From assembly GCA_004764695.1 (NCBI GenBank), contig SMSO01000032.1, positions 3,690,483 through 3,754,482 of the forward strand: 64,000 nt of DNA. The letters run 5' to 3'. A program made the translations under genes and the position numbers. The stretch is from Schizochytrium sp. TIO01 (Eukaryota; Protista; Bigyra: Labyrinthulomycetes). Under the pieces are notes generated by a model. That model was not told the origin of the DNA, did no database searches, and worked only from the letters and a program-made list of their open reading frames with translations. Shown piece by piece: positions 10,892 to 23,083 of this stretch. The first letter of the stretch is position 1. Every line of letters begins with the position of its first letter.

Positions 10892-13800
10892 GACCTCTGT
10901 TTATTGCTGAGAGTGGCTTCGAAGTCGTGCTGCAAAACGATGAGGAAGAGGGCCATGGGCGTGGCATCGGGCAAGGGCACCTCGGCGGCTAGGCGGGTAG
11001 AGACAGAGGCAGACAGACAGAGGCAGCTGCCACTGCTAGATCGCCAGCCGCGGGGCGGGATCAGTGCCGCTCAGCCAAGTACGCTGTCCTCTTTTGGGGG
11101 TTCTCACATTAAAGACTGCGCCGAATGCAGAATAACGGGAAGTCGAAGAACTTCAGAGATTGGCATTCGCTGTGACAGATATTGTGCAACCAAACCTTGA
11201 ACAAAGCAATTTCCAAACAGCCGAAGTTCCTCCTCCTGCGCAGTGGCACCTGCTGCAGTCAGCTCGGTTTACGGAGGCGCGCGCACCACGGAGAGAACGA
11301 TGCAGCGGGTTCTGGCCACGAGCCACGATGGTGTTTTGCACATGAGTGGGGAAGAATCGGCTGGCAAAGAAGATGGATTTACATCTTTGACAGCGTTGAC
11401 ATCGTTGGCATCTTTGAGATCATAGCAACTTCATTGTCTGAGCTGGGCTTGAGTGGAATTGACTGACGCCACACGCAGCTCCATGAACAACTCGTTCTCT
11501 TCGCTGCTCCAGACCGCGCCGCTGGCCTCAAGCCGCTGCGATGAATTCCGTTCGCCGTTCAACTCCACGTTAGGGGAGCCTCGCGATGAGATCGCCATTG
11601 GTTGGACTTATCTGCCTCGCAAAGGCTGCCATGACAAAGAGAGGAATAGTTATGAATGGCGTCTGGTGATCTGAAACGAAACAGTCGTGAGTGACGTTCC
11701 CGACAACGATTCCGTGGAATATAGGAAATACTAGTAGTGCTGTCTCTTGTTCTAGTTCTACAAAAAGAATAACTTTGAGAGGCTGAGAACGTCTGGTGGG
11801 AACATCAAAGCGCCTCGTCCGGAAATACCCAGAAGGAGTGAAGGTCCACTACCTTGACAATGGCGCCAGCATATTTTAGATAAGTGGAATTGCCTAACGT
11901 GAGGAAGAGTGGGATGATCTTCAAGGTACGAGCAGCGTCACTTCTTTTCTCTTCTCTAAGGAAACTTAGTTACGCCCAACTTGGTTTTATTTATACACGT
12001 AAGTGAAATAGACGGAGCACTGCAGAACTGGAGATGCAGTAATCTGTGAACCAGGCGGAACTGACAAGGATCAGTGAACCACGTCGGCATAATATACATT
12101 ATAACTATGTACCTATATTAGATCAAAACAGAGTTGAAGTTCAATTTCCACTCTGCTGCTACCGAATGGTCGATCTTAATTCAGTTCTCTCATCGGAAAG
12201 GTCTCAAACCCGACAAGGCCAAGCAATCGATGCAGGTTGCCTGTGTGAAGTTAGTTCTAGGATCTGGTCTTTACGAAAACGAAGATTGCTTTTTACCCCG
12301 AATTGGCTAAATGATCATCCCATCAGTGCCTAAACCTCACAGCAGAACTGTAGTGCGTTGTTTGGCGACTGCGCATCCAAGACCTCGCAGAACACCATGC
12401 GTAGATGCCTCGTAATGCTTGGAGGGCCTGGTTCTGCTGTGTTCAAGCAACGTCGTGCCAGAACCGCCGCCGTGTTATGGGCCTATCCTTCATGTTTCAC
12501 GCACACGGGAAACGCCCGGATTCTGAAACGTAGCAGCAAAGCAGAAGCAAATTGTTCGTAGAAGAAGAGAGGAAGAACCTCAACTTTCTTTGCCTTTCTG
12601 TTCTTTTCTTTCATTATAAGCTTCTCGTATTATCTCATCATCTTTCCTTTCCTTTTCTTTTCGCTGTTCTATTTTCACCTCGCTTTCCACCACGTTGAAT
12701 ATATCTTCATTATGAGACCTCTCCGTCATCGCCGTCATCTCCCCATTCATAAAACGAAGTTACAAAATCGCCAACGTCGATTTGTTATCACTTCATTAAC
12801 TATCGCCACCACCACCACCACCACCACCATCATCTCTTTCTTCATCTGCATCATCATCTTCATCACCAATGTGGAGAACAGCTTCCTTTTCTCTGACATC
12901 ATGATATAATTCATTTTAAAGAAACAATAACATGACAATTTAAAATATGATTAGTTTCAACAGGTTAGCAGTAGTGTCTTTTAGGTAAATGTTTTATTTG
13001 TTTTAACTTATAATTTTTAATTTTTAATTTTTAATAACATATATAGAAAAAAAAAAATACACGAGAACAGAAAATAATTTCAACATTAAAGTTTCCATAA
13101 CCCATCGAAGTCTCGCTGTACCACTTCAAGAACGTCACTTGTGCAAGATCTTATGACAACTCCTTGCTTCGCTCTCCCGCGAGCGCGCTCGAGACACCCT
13201 CTGCTCGACTCCCGCTCCTAGGCAGCAGCAACCCACGCACCTACCTGAATTCGAGGTCTGGAGTTCTGTAGGTGTTTGACGGCGTCTCTTGAGCGTGTCC
13301 TGCTTGCTGCTCATGGCTTTCCCATCCGCTGCGAGGTCGGCGAGCGAGTGAAAGACGTGGGTTGGCGAGTGGGTGGCGACTTCTGCGAGCGCGGTAGGGA
13401 CTCGAAAGTAGTACTTGTCTTTGCTCGCTAGCTCAGGCTGGTGGAGACTGTTCAGCGCTGCTCGTTCGTTCTGTTGATGAAGTTCTCGATGATGTCATTC
13501 TCAAGATCGATAAAACTTTGTCGCATCCATCGGCGACGCCCATGAAGCGAAGAACAGAACAAAACAGAATAGAACAGAATAGAAGTTAGTAAGAGGTTAG
13601 CAGGAGACAGCACCAGTGGGAAAACCGCATTGAGGACCGAAGAGAGGCCTCAGAGAACGAGAAATGCGGGAAAGAAGGTGAAAGAGGCTGGCTGCTGAGG
13701 CTTTCGAGGTTTGCATTCCCTGTGCTTGATCTCTTGGGTTGCTATGCGTGGCTTCAACGAAGGACATAAGTTTATGAAGTAGATGCATGTTCGAAGTTGT

Positions 13801-15095
13801 CGAGGTGTTCTTTTACATAATTCCCACATATATTGGAACCCTATTTCATTAAAAGTGACTTTTTTGGATTAGTGTTTTTTTTTTTTTTTTTTTTTCAAAT
13901 ATATATTTTAAAAAATAAAATTATATGGTCATTTCCATTTACGTTCTTTTTATTTCTATTGCATATTTATTTTGATGAGTATTATTTTTATTTTTATTTT
14001 TTAGTGCTTCAGAAAGGAACGATTTTTTTACGGCCAGATATAATTGGTCTTTCATGGCGGGGGAGAGTACATTACAGGCAAAGACGAACATAATCGACCA
14101 CAGAAATGTGCGAATGGCTCTGTCTTCATCAACTTGGATTGTGTGCTGCTGCGCGCTGCTTCTTCGAAAGTCAGGTTTCCTCACCTGACGGCATTCAACA
14201 ACATCCCCTACAATCTAACTCACTCCATAAATAACAGAAAACCAAAAACAGAGAACGAGAACACCGATGGACATCGACAAACATGTTTGCGCCGCTTCTT
14301 GCAATACTTACATTACCGATGGCGAAGTATTGGTGACTCTTTGTCAGAGCTCTTGAACCTAATAAGATTGTGGGAACACTCATCGGAGCTTAGTTGCCCC
14401 TCGAGTTTAATTGCTCATTCGAGGTTGACGTATGCATATGCATGTTCGTATGTATATGAATGTATGTGAATGTATATAAAAGGAGCTAGAATCGCTTCCT
14501 CTTCAGGAAAACATTACTTTACATTCTTTTTTCTTTTTCTTTCTTTAAAATCAAATTTAGAAGAGCTCAGTATCATTTATACTTTAATTAATAATTAAAA
14601 AATCATATTGGAGGGAAGTAGAAAACCCGGAGATCCAGGAAAACGCATCTCCTTTCGGGCCGAGAAGAAGCAACGCCAAACAAACAAAGCCAACAAAGAA
14701 TACAAAATGCTATGCATCGATCGATAAACCAATCACTCATTCACCTATTCACTCACTCACTCACTCACTCACTCAGTCAGTTAGTCAGTGAGACTGTTCT
14801 TCAAGTGCAACATGGCATTGCATCAGCTCTGCATATATCGCACACCTGAAAGAACCGCTCTTCGAATACAGCGCAATCAATACCTATATTAATAATCACT
14901 GCGAAACAAATAAATGAAAACCAAGATGGAGACGTGACAGAAACATGGAACGATTCGAGACGAAATCATCCGAGACGCCAAGACGACAAGGCGGAGCAAC
15001 GAGGCCATGGCCTCCAGCGCTGCGATGAAATCATAGCTATAAACTTGAAGCAACTACAATAAGGTCGTCGGCGTTCTCATGCAAGAAACGATCCC

Positions 15096-15179
15096 GAAGA
15101 AGAAGAAGAAGAAGAAGAAGAAGAAGAAGAAGAAGAAGAAGAAGAAGAAGAAGAAGAAGAAGAAGAAGAAGAAGAAGAA

Positions 15180-15227
<48 letters not shown>
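15096..15227. repeat. Compound microsatellite (GAA)28(GAT)16
   Basis: Read directly; it explains the poly-S, poly-L and poly-H ORFs in the track. Confidence 0.95.
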
Positions 15228-16029
15228 AGAGGAGATTTGAGAAAAAAGGCAAAGAACGCCACCGCAGAAGTAGATGAAGCATGACAGAAAGAAACTAAAG
15301 ATCGTTTAATTGATTGATTGTTTGCTTGCTTGCTTGGAACTTCAAGAGTCGAGAAAGAATAAAAAGACGTTCGTTTTCGAAGAAGGAAGAAGAACGAAAA
15401 TAAATTAACAAAAAACAAGGAAAAGCTTCAAAAAGAACGCAAAGAAAAAAGAGAAGAAAAGAAAGAAAGAAAAAAAAAAGCAGAAAGCAGAAAGAGAAAA
15501 GAAAATGATCAATCGACGTCGATCATCATCGAATAAATCGAAAACAAACCAACAAACAAACAACTCAACGAGAAATCAAATAAACCCGCCAAGAGCCTCC
15601 TCGTCGTTGCAGGACGGAGTGAGGACCGCGGCGACCGCAGCAAGGACGACAGTAGCGCAAAGGGATCTTCTTGGACGCACAAGTTCACAGCGTCGGGACC
15701 CGCGAGGTCCCCTTAAGCCGGATCTATTGTTGATTCGCAGATCCGGGCACACGGACGCACAAGGGGACTGGACTACTCCGCGATACATATATATACATAT
15801 ATATATATATACACATTGGCACAGAAACGAAGAGGAAACCTCTCCCCAGTCAAAGACTTTGAGCCGAGGGTTTCATTCCCTTCCGCTGGAATAGCCACTT
15901 CTCCCTTCACGACGAGAATCTTCCGAAGTATTCCCTCAAAAGAACAACAAGAATTCTCTCTCAACAAGAAAGGGAAGGCTGGCCTTGACTTTCTATCATT
16001 GCTCCTCTTTTAGAAGAGCTGAGAGGAAT

Positions 16030-16060
16030 TTGCTAATTTACTTTTCGGCGTTGTTGCAGA
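16030..16060 (+). promoter_or_regulatory. Putative branch point and 3' splice acceptor of a 5'-UTR intron of the antiporter gene
   Basis: gctaat...pyrimidine-rich...ttgcag lies 15 nt upstream of the ATG at 16076, like the CTAAC/YAG signals of the coding introns in this window. The donor was not located. Confidence 0.35.
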
Positions 16061-16075
16061 CACTTGCCACTAAAG

Positions 16076-18481
16076 ATGAGTGAGGAACAAGAGGAAGTTG
16101 AGAGTGTCGAAAATGGCATCGTGAGCGTCATCGTGCTCATTGGCCTCGGCCTCGTTGTAGCAGGACTCGTGGAGGCTCTCCCACCCAAGATCTTGGAGAG
16201 GTTCCCACAATCCGTCCTGGTGCTCATCCTTGGTCTTGTTGCAGGCCTGCTCGGTATTCACTTCAGTAATGTCACAGGTAACACACGCATGGCAGAACTC
16301 ATCTCTGGATTAGAGATTGACCCAGAAGGCATCCAGCTTATCTTTCTCCCCCCACTTATCTTCAGTGAGCTCTTCAAAATGAACGTCCACGTGTTTCTTA
16401 ACGTTAGCTGGCAAGCAATCCTGCTTGCCTTCCCAGGTGTCTTGATCTCCATGTGTCTCACTGCGCTTTTCCCTATATACATTCTCCCCAACGAGTGGGG
16501 CTGGTATGAAGCCCTCGCCTTTGGTGGCATGTTGGCCGCTACTGATCCCGTAGCAGTACTTGCTATTCTTCACTCACTCAATGCATCCAAGCACTTATCG
16601 ACAATTATTGCAGGTGAAAGTGTTCTCAACGATGGTTCAGCCATCGTGGTTGTCACTCTCTTTCTCAATCTTCAGGCTGGCCAGGTATATTATGCCGGAG
16701 ATGTCATCGCTTTTTCTTTTCGCGAAACCCTCGGATCTGTCGCACTTGGTACAGCCTGTGGATTGGCAATGATGGCAATCTTCCCGCTCCTCAAAAACAA
16801 CCCAACCCCTCTTGTTGCACTCACCTTTGGTGTACCATACCTTTGTTTTGCTGCTGCCCTGGCAATCGACATGAGTGGTGTGCTCTCCCTCGTGCCATTG
16901 GGTCTCATCTGTAACGCATGGGGACGTGCTACCATTGTCGGCGCTGTGGCTGATCGCATGGAACATTTCTGGGACCAAGCTGAATTTTTTGCCAACTCTG
17001 TTCTCTTCGGTATCGCTGGTCTTTATATTGCAGATGATCTCCTCGAAGGTTTAATTAAGGGCTACGATTGGGGCTTTCTGTTCTTGCTCTATGTTCTCCT
17101 CATGGTGATTCGTGGCATCGCAGTAACCATGCTCTATCCGGCAATGTACAAGCTTGGATATGGCTTCAACGTGAAAGAAGCTATTGTTACAACATGGGGT
17201 GGTCTTCGTGGTGCTGTTGGTCTTACTCTTTCTTTTGCAATTCGTGGCACTCAGAATGTATCTGACCAGGTGGGTCAACAAGCAACATTTTACATGGGTG
17301 GTATTGTGATTCTCACTCTTATGGTAAATGCCACCACAAGTGGACCCCTTATCCAGTACTTCAACCTTCAGCGCTCAGGTGATAAGCGTATCCTTGCAGA
17401 GCTGGAGAATGATTTCAAGGGTGTTGCTGAAAAGTCTCTTCTCTTTGCTGGTGCAACTGATGAGCAAATTGAGTCTGTAACTGGATCTAGCCATTCAAGC
17501 GAACCTGCGCACCATGCAGAACAGTCCGATAACAAAGTTGAGGAAACTTTGGCTGCGAAGAGGAGACATTTTCTCTTGGCTCAAGCAGTTACCTTTGATC
17601 ACCTCCTCAGTCGTGGTGTCATTCCACGGGGTGCTTGGTTTCTTGCTATGCAATCTATTGATGTTGAGCTTGATAAACGTGATTCAGAGATTGCTCAGTG
17701 GCGTACTGTCGTTAAGCAGCCTCTTCTCAAGCTCTTCGTTAAGTCGATCAGCGATGAAACGCTCAAAAAGTTTCTCAGCGCCAAGAATGTCAAGGACGAA
17801 GAATTTCTCGAGAAGGAAAGCCATGACCACCCAGACCCTCCTACTGAACTCGGCCGCCATGCCAGATATTCCCTCACCTTGATTTCATACATTGCATTTG
17901 CCTACCTTCGCGCTCATGAAGATGCACGTGCAGCTCTGGACGCAATGGCTAGCGAGGCAGATTTGCTTGGACAACAACGCGCGGCTCTGCATAGGGAATC
18001 CTTGCAGGATTGCCGTGCCCCTGCCAAATTTCTATCTCTGGTTCGTGCTCGGCACCCTGATATTTTGCAGAGCATCAAAGCCGTGCAACTCTCAACAGCA
18101 ATTCGCTGGGATCTTCTCGATCGTGCTGCTCGTCTTGCTGACCTTGGTCTTCTTGAGCACAGTGAGCTGCACCCACTCGTGGAGCTCGCCGATCATATTT
18201 CACAAAAATGTTCCGCGCTGAACCTCGCGCTAAAAGCTGACAAGACCACTAACGCTTCAGGGGACTTCTCGAAGAACCCTGATTTCTATCCGTTTCCCGC
18301 TCTTGCATCCCCTATCAAATCACGCGGGAGCATCGCAGATATTGAGCTCAGCCTTACCGACGTCTCCGAACCTGATCGCATCACAGCAACAACCTCAGCT
18401 CGTGGAGGAACAGATATTCGCGGATTGGAGTCACGGATTCTTGATGAAGTGCGCAACCAGAGTCACTGGTATGGCTCCTAA
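16076..18481 (+). CDS. Na+/H+ antiporter, CPA1 family, SOS1/NHX7-like
   Basis: About 12-13 hydrophobic segments; motifs FLPPLIF, LAATDPVAV, IIAGESVLNDG, WGGLRGAVGL and TLMVNATT; helical cytosolic C-terminal region. First ATG at 16076. Confidence 0.93.
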   Translation: MSEEQEEVESVENGIVSVIVLIGLGLVVAGLVEALPPKILERFPQSVLVLILGLVAGLLGIHFSNVTGNTRMAELISGLEIDPEGIQLIFLPPLIFSELFKMNVHVFLNVSWQAILLAFPGVLISMCLTALFPIYILPNEWGWYEALAFGGMLAATDPVAVLAILHSLNASKHLSTIIAGESVLNDGSAIVVVTLFLNLQAGQVYYAGDVIAFSFRETLGSVALGTACGLAMMAIFPLLKNNPTPLVALTFGVPYLCFAAALAIDMSGVLSLVPLGLICNAWGRATIVGAVADRMEHFWDQAEFFANSVLFGIAGLYIADDLLEGLIKGYDWGFLFLLYVLLMVIRGIAVTMLYPAMYKLGYGFNVKEAIVTTWGGLRGAVGLTLSFAIRGTQNVSDQVGQQATFYMGGIVILTLMVNATTSGPLIQYFNLQRSGDKRILAELENDFKGVAEKSLLFAGATDEQIESVTGSSHSSEPAHHAEQSDNKVEETLAAKRRHFLLAQAVTFDHLLSRGVIPRGAWFLAMQSIDVELDKRDSEIAQWRTVVKQPLLKLFVKSISDETLKKFLSAKNVKDEEFLEKESHDHPDPPTELGRHARYSLTLISYIAFAYLRAHEDARAALDAMASEADLLGQQRAALHRESLQDCRAPAKFLSLVRARHPDILQSIKAVQLSTAIRWDLLDRAARLADLGLLEHSELHPLVELADHISQKCSALNLALKADKTTNASGDFSKNPDFYPFPALASPIKSRGSIADIELSLTDVSEPDRITATTSARGGTDIRGLESRILDEVRNQSHWYGS

Positions 18482-19271
18482 GTATTGCACACGTTTGCTG
18501 CAGTCCTCTTCTGTTCTGTCAACCTTTCTATACAACTTTCGTTTTCTCATTTCTTTGGCAGCATGTTAAGCTATGGCCCATCATAAAACTGTTTCGTCGC
18601 TGTCTGTACTTTCATCATGAACTGTTGGCAGCTGTCGTCAAATGTCTTTGTACTGTTATTTCTCTTTGTGTTTTTAATGTGAATCTCATATGTACAACAA
18701 TCGATACAAGCACATATACGCGATTCTTCTCTGTGGCGGGAAGCGCGTGTTGGACATGCCTCCTCATCAGTATCCGAGGGATACCGTGTTCATTTCAATT
18801 CATAAACCACATCCCACCCCCTTTCTGCGAAGTGCGCTTTATTATCTATCCCACCATGGCTCCAGTTGTACCGCCTTTATTCCGTTATAAATTTGATCTT
18901 CTCGCAAGCCCAATTAAATAAACAATTAAAGTTCTTACGGCTACCAATTCAGTATGAGTAGAACGCTGTTGTCTTTTGTGCACATCTTCTCTCGAAATCG
19001 CAGCATTTTGGCAATAATGAGGCCATAAAGCGTACAGTCACTTTCGTACAGGCTGAAGAGATCGGCATAAGGCAGTACTTCGAAGAAAGGTCCTTGCAAG
19101 CCATCAAAATAACTAACTCACATTTTCTTTCAGCCATTCTGAAGCACAAAACTGGAAGAAGAAAAGCACATCTGTAGAAATAATACTTTGGACGTTCATA
19201 CGAATCTATTCCTTGTTTTTACAATGGATAATTCTAAAATCAAAGACACAAAATTAGATTTTTATATATAG

Positions 19272-19988
19272 TTACGCTACGAGCTCTAGCCGCGCTGTAC
19301 CGACCTCACGCTGGTGCTTCAATGCACGACCCGATGTGCATAACCAGCGTGATACCTCGAGTAGATCTCGTGTGGTTCCCTCTTTGCGGGCTTCTTCCAT
19401 CTTTGCACGTTGCTTATCAACTTGATCACGAACAGAACAACATACATCAGAAGCCTTTGCTTCAAATTGTACGCTAAGACTTGCAGTCATGGCTCTCGCT
19501 GATTCTTCCCGCTCGGCTTGACCAAGTTCTGCACGATCTGCATCGAAACGGTAAGAGTGACTGTCCTCTTTTCGCTGCAGTCTTACAGGTCTCACTAATC
19601 CAGTTTTGAGTTTTCCTGAGCAATGTCTTGATATGCGTCCACTTTGACGTGCCTGGTAGGCTCGGCCTATGTGCATGTTTCTACTGAGAGCCATAGAGTC
19701 ACCTGTCTGGCCTTGATGCATTTCACGAATGCGATCTCGTGCAGGTAAACAAACGCGTTCTTCTTCATGCCAAGCCGGTAGCCGCCAAAGTGCACGCGTA
19801 GGTTGCTCCTCATAAGGGCGCACTTCGTACATACGTAAACCTCTCGTGCGCACGGGCGAAATGGGCTCCACATTACATCTTTCTGTGATCACATGTTTTC
19901 CGTCAGTAAACAAAGGGTATTCTCCACGCCATAGCTTTTCCACATTCACAACCTTCTCTGATTTAACGCTCTTATATTCGCCACCCAT
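19272..19988 (-). CDS. Hypothetical protein (238 aa, basic, C-terminal helical/coiled-coil)
   Basis: ATG-initiated 238-aa ORF (AAAATGG context) with normal composition, followed by an AT-rich 3' region. No family recognised. Confidence 0.6.
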   Translation of the reverse strand: MGGEYKSVKSEKVVNVEKLWRGEYPLFTDGKHVITERCNVEPISPVRTRGLRMYEVRPYEEQPTRALWRLPAWHEEERVCLPARDRIREMHQGQTGDSMALSRNMHIGRAYQARQSGRISRHCSGKLKTGLVRPVRLQRKEDSHSYRFDADRAELGQAEREESARAMTASLSVQFEAKASDVCCSVRDQVDKQRAKMEEARKEGTTRDLLEVSRWLCTSGRALKHQREVGTARLELVA

Positions 19989-22490
19989 TTTATCCTCCTA
20001 TTATAACTTCCCTGGGTTTACCACCTTGTAGTCGTTCCACTAATACACTGCTTCCGCGATAATGTTTCTTTGAGGTTCTGCTTTCTAGGCAAGGTCAACA
20101 AGAAAATCCCTCAAACAGCAACCCGCAGGGCGAGAGTTAGCAGCTTGCAAACTACGAATGGGGTTCCTCCTTCGTAATTTCCAAGCCTCCAGGCTCGATA
20201 GGTTTCTTTTCTGAGTCCAGGATACTCACGTCGAGTGCCCTAGTAGCCGAGAAGGCAAAGATTGCAGAATTGCGACAAACAATCTCGGACACCCAAGGAC
20301 CTGCGTATAGAATCTTCGCTGAAGAGCAAATAAAGGGCTTCCGGGCTTCCCGGTTGTTTATCTCAATCTCTCCTCCACACTGCTGACCTCCCCCGCCTCC
20401 ACTTCAAAGTCTGAGATCTACAGCCCCAACTTCGTCGTCGTCATCTAAAAAGAAGGAAAATAACTACCATTATAATATCTGCGCCTCCCTTATGACGGTT
20501 AGGTTATAGAGTCCGCACTGCTGTCCCCGCGCACACCCTACGTCCTAAATTTAATTCCTGTCCTAAATTCAAAATGGGTTCTTCGTCTTTAATTTTCATC
20601 ACAGTACTAAGGAGAACTGAAAGTCACGACACATGCGTGCATCCTACTATATCAGCATAACGTAGGTTGAGTGATTCAATTCACAGTTTCGAGTGCTTGT
20701 GGAGATTTGTCAAGCTCGGTTTATTTAAACATAATGTGCAAATGGATGAACTTCATGCGATTTATACAGCCTTGGATTGCTGAAGTCACCCGGGCGATGG
20801 TGTAATGTCACCACCAGGTTTGCGGAAGGGTTTGGCTGGTGTGGATAAGAGGAAGGGCAGGCTTACAGCTTACAGCTGTGCAGGTTGGCCGTAAACCTCG
20901 GGACCAGATCATAAGCTGCGTTATCTGGCGCTGGCCCGTGAAGTGTAAGTAAATGCAAGCGTTGTACACATGGTACCTCACGTAAGCAATGCTGCAGTCT
21001 AATATTTCTTGAAGGTGGAAGTGCAAGTGAGTCCAAGTATGTTGTTTACAATGGTTCCCTTTTTGCAAAATGAGTGTGGCCCCCTACGAGTAGAACCAGT
21101 TACAACATCACTCATTCCTAATACTGCAACGTGTATGCAAGTAACGAAAGTGTGACGGAGCAGTATGCCTTGAAACACATTGTGAAAATCATATGCAGAA
21201 AATGAGGCTTCTAATATTGCAGATTCTCCACAAAGACAGCTCGCTAATCGATATAAAGAAGTGAGGGAGTTTTTACTTTTGCAGCTTCCTCCAGCGGTTT
21301 AGCTGAGATAAACTTTTGGAGGGACTGATCCAGCATTGTTGATAACGGTGTTGTGGTTACTGGATTATTTTTGGAGCAAGCTAGCTAGTGAGAACCTCCA
21401 ACTCAATCCAATTTTTTAGAGTGTCGCAAAAAAACCTTTACTCCAAATGCTAGGTTTAGTAGGTAGCTAGCTACCTCATGCTGACAAAGGTCTATCTTCC
21501 ATCTGAGCAAAAAAGCTAGCGCTTAGAACGACCTTAAATTAGTATGGAGGGTAGATGAGACGTTCTAGAACAGTGTTCTGTTCTAAACCAACCAAACATG
21601 TAATTTCTCACCTTGATAATTTGGAATCCTATTCCCTAGGTAGTTTATTTAGACATACCAGGTTCACTATTGATTTCTATCTCACTTTACTTCACATAAT
21701 TGAAGATTTGCTATGTAGAATTCACAAACAAGATAGTAGCACTTCCTAAAATGTGGTTTTTCTAGGCTCTGCGGTTGATATTGAATTAAGAAATCCACGA
21801 AATAAGCCTATAAATATAGGCGTCCCAACTTTTCTTCTATATAGTTCATTCACAGCTAGTCTTTTCCAAATTATTCACAAAAATGATGCACACGAGCCTC
21901 AGTCCATGTCATTTTAGTGGTTGCTAAATATGATTTATATATATATCTATTGAACATAATAGCAGCTGATCACATCATGATGGTAAACTTTCAAGTGCAC
22001 TTTATTCGAGGATTTTCTAAAAGGAAGGGTTATTAATGTCAAGAGCAATAATGCATACACACATTATACTGCTTAGTGTTACCAAAAAAGAGATAGAAGA
22101 GCCTATCAGTAGGTAGTGTAACACATTTGAGACCTGAGAATGGCTTTCTTCTCTCTTAGAACAGTCCTTTTATCCTTTTACTGAGTAATAACTCAAGCTG
22201 AAGTATAGGAGGGCTTTGCAAGAACTAGCTCTGATGAGTCTCTCAAAAACAGGGATGTACTAGGAATGAGAAGCTTTGTCTTCTTGGTGAGATGGGCGCA
22301 TTGCGTTTCTTTGAAGCCAAACCAAGAGAACCTATTTGACTTGAGTATTTTCTCCAAGATTTCAACAAATAACCTTTGACTGGTGAGAGTAGCTTAATTT
22401 GAATATTTTCTCAAAAATGAAAACAACAAAAAAACCAAAATAAAAAACGGACTTCCTAGTGTGCAACCATAGTAGTCCATAGCACCTTTA

Positions 22491-22530
22491 CATAATCCAA
22501 TTAGTAATGACATAATCCAATTAGTAATGA
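22491..22530. repeat. Perfect 20-bp tandem duplication (cataatccaattagtaatga)x2
   Basis: Read directly from the sequence. Confidence 0.9.
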
Positions 22531-23083
22531 CAATCAGTCATGGCTGACAAACTGAATAGATTATCGATTTACGATACTATGATTGCTTGGAGATGATTGA
22601 AGATTGTCGGAGATTGTTGCGTTTAGTTGTTGTTAAAGCTAGTGTTGGTACTTATCTTGGCTAGACATGCTCTAGTTGAATCGATTTTATCGATTCGGGT
22701 TGATTTAAATCTGTTGTTTGATAGCTTTGATAGCTTTCTCTTTTGGAGACTTGCTTCGTTCCCATCATTCCCGTATGGGTCACTCCCAAACGAAGTTCTG
22801 TTTAGGTGGAGTACCATACAAATGGATTGGCCAATGGATTGTCATGTGCAAGTCAGCAAGGCGTCCCTCTAAGGCTCGCAAGTTCAATACGTTGTGTTGA
22901 TCCATTTCCCTTCTTGGTTAGGCAGTCAGCAGTTAGTAGGCAACAGGCTGTGCAGGCTGACCAAGGTCATGCCAAGTTGAAACCATACTTTTATTGCTCA
23001 TAGACCATCCTGGCATCAGCCTTACAGATATCATAGAAGGCCGTGCTGGGACGCGCAGCCAGCGACGAACGCTGCAAGAGTAT

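Noticed and set aside
11431-11598. Minus-strand short ORF with a Myb-like WSSEENELFMEL
   Set aside because: Only about 55 codons, and the remaining Myb helices and tryptophans are missing.
15037-15418. Poly-His/Leu/Ser ORFs
   Set aside because: Translations of the (GAA)n(GAT)n microsatellite.
22231-22262. Hammerhead-like CTGATGAG core
   Set aside because: No GAAA after the putative stem II and no closing stems.
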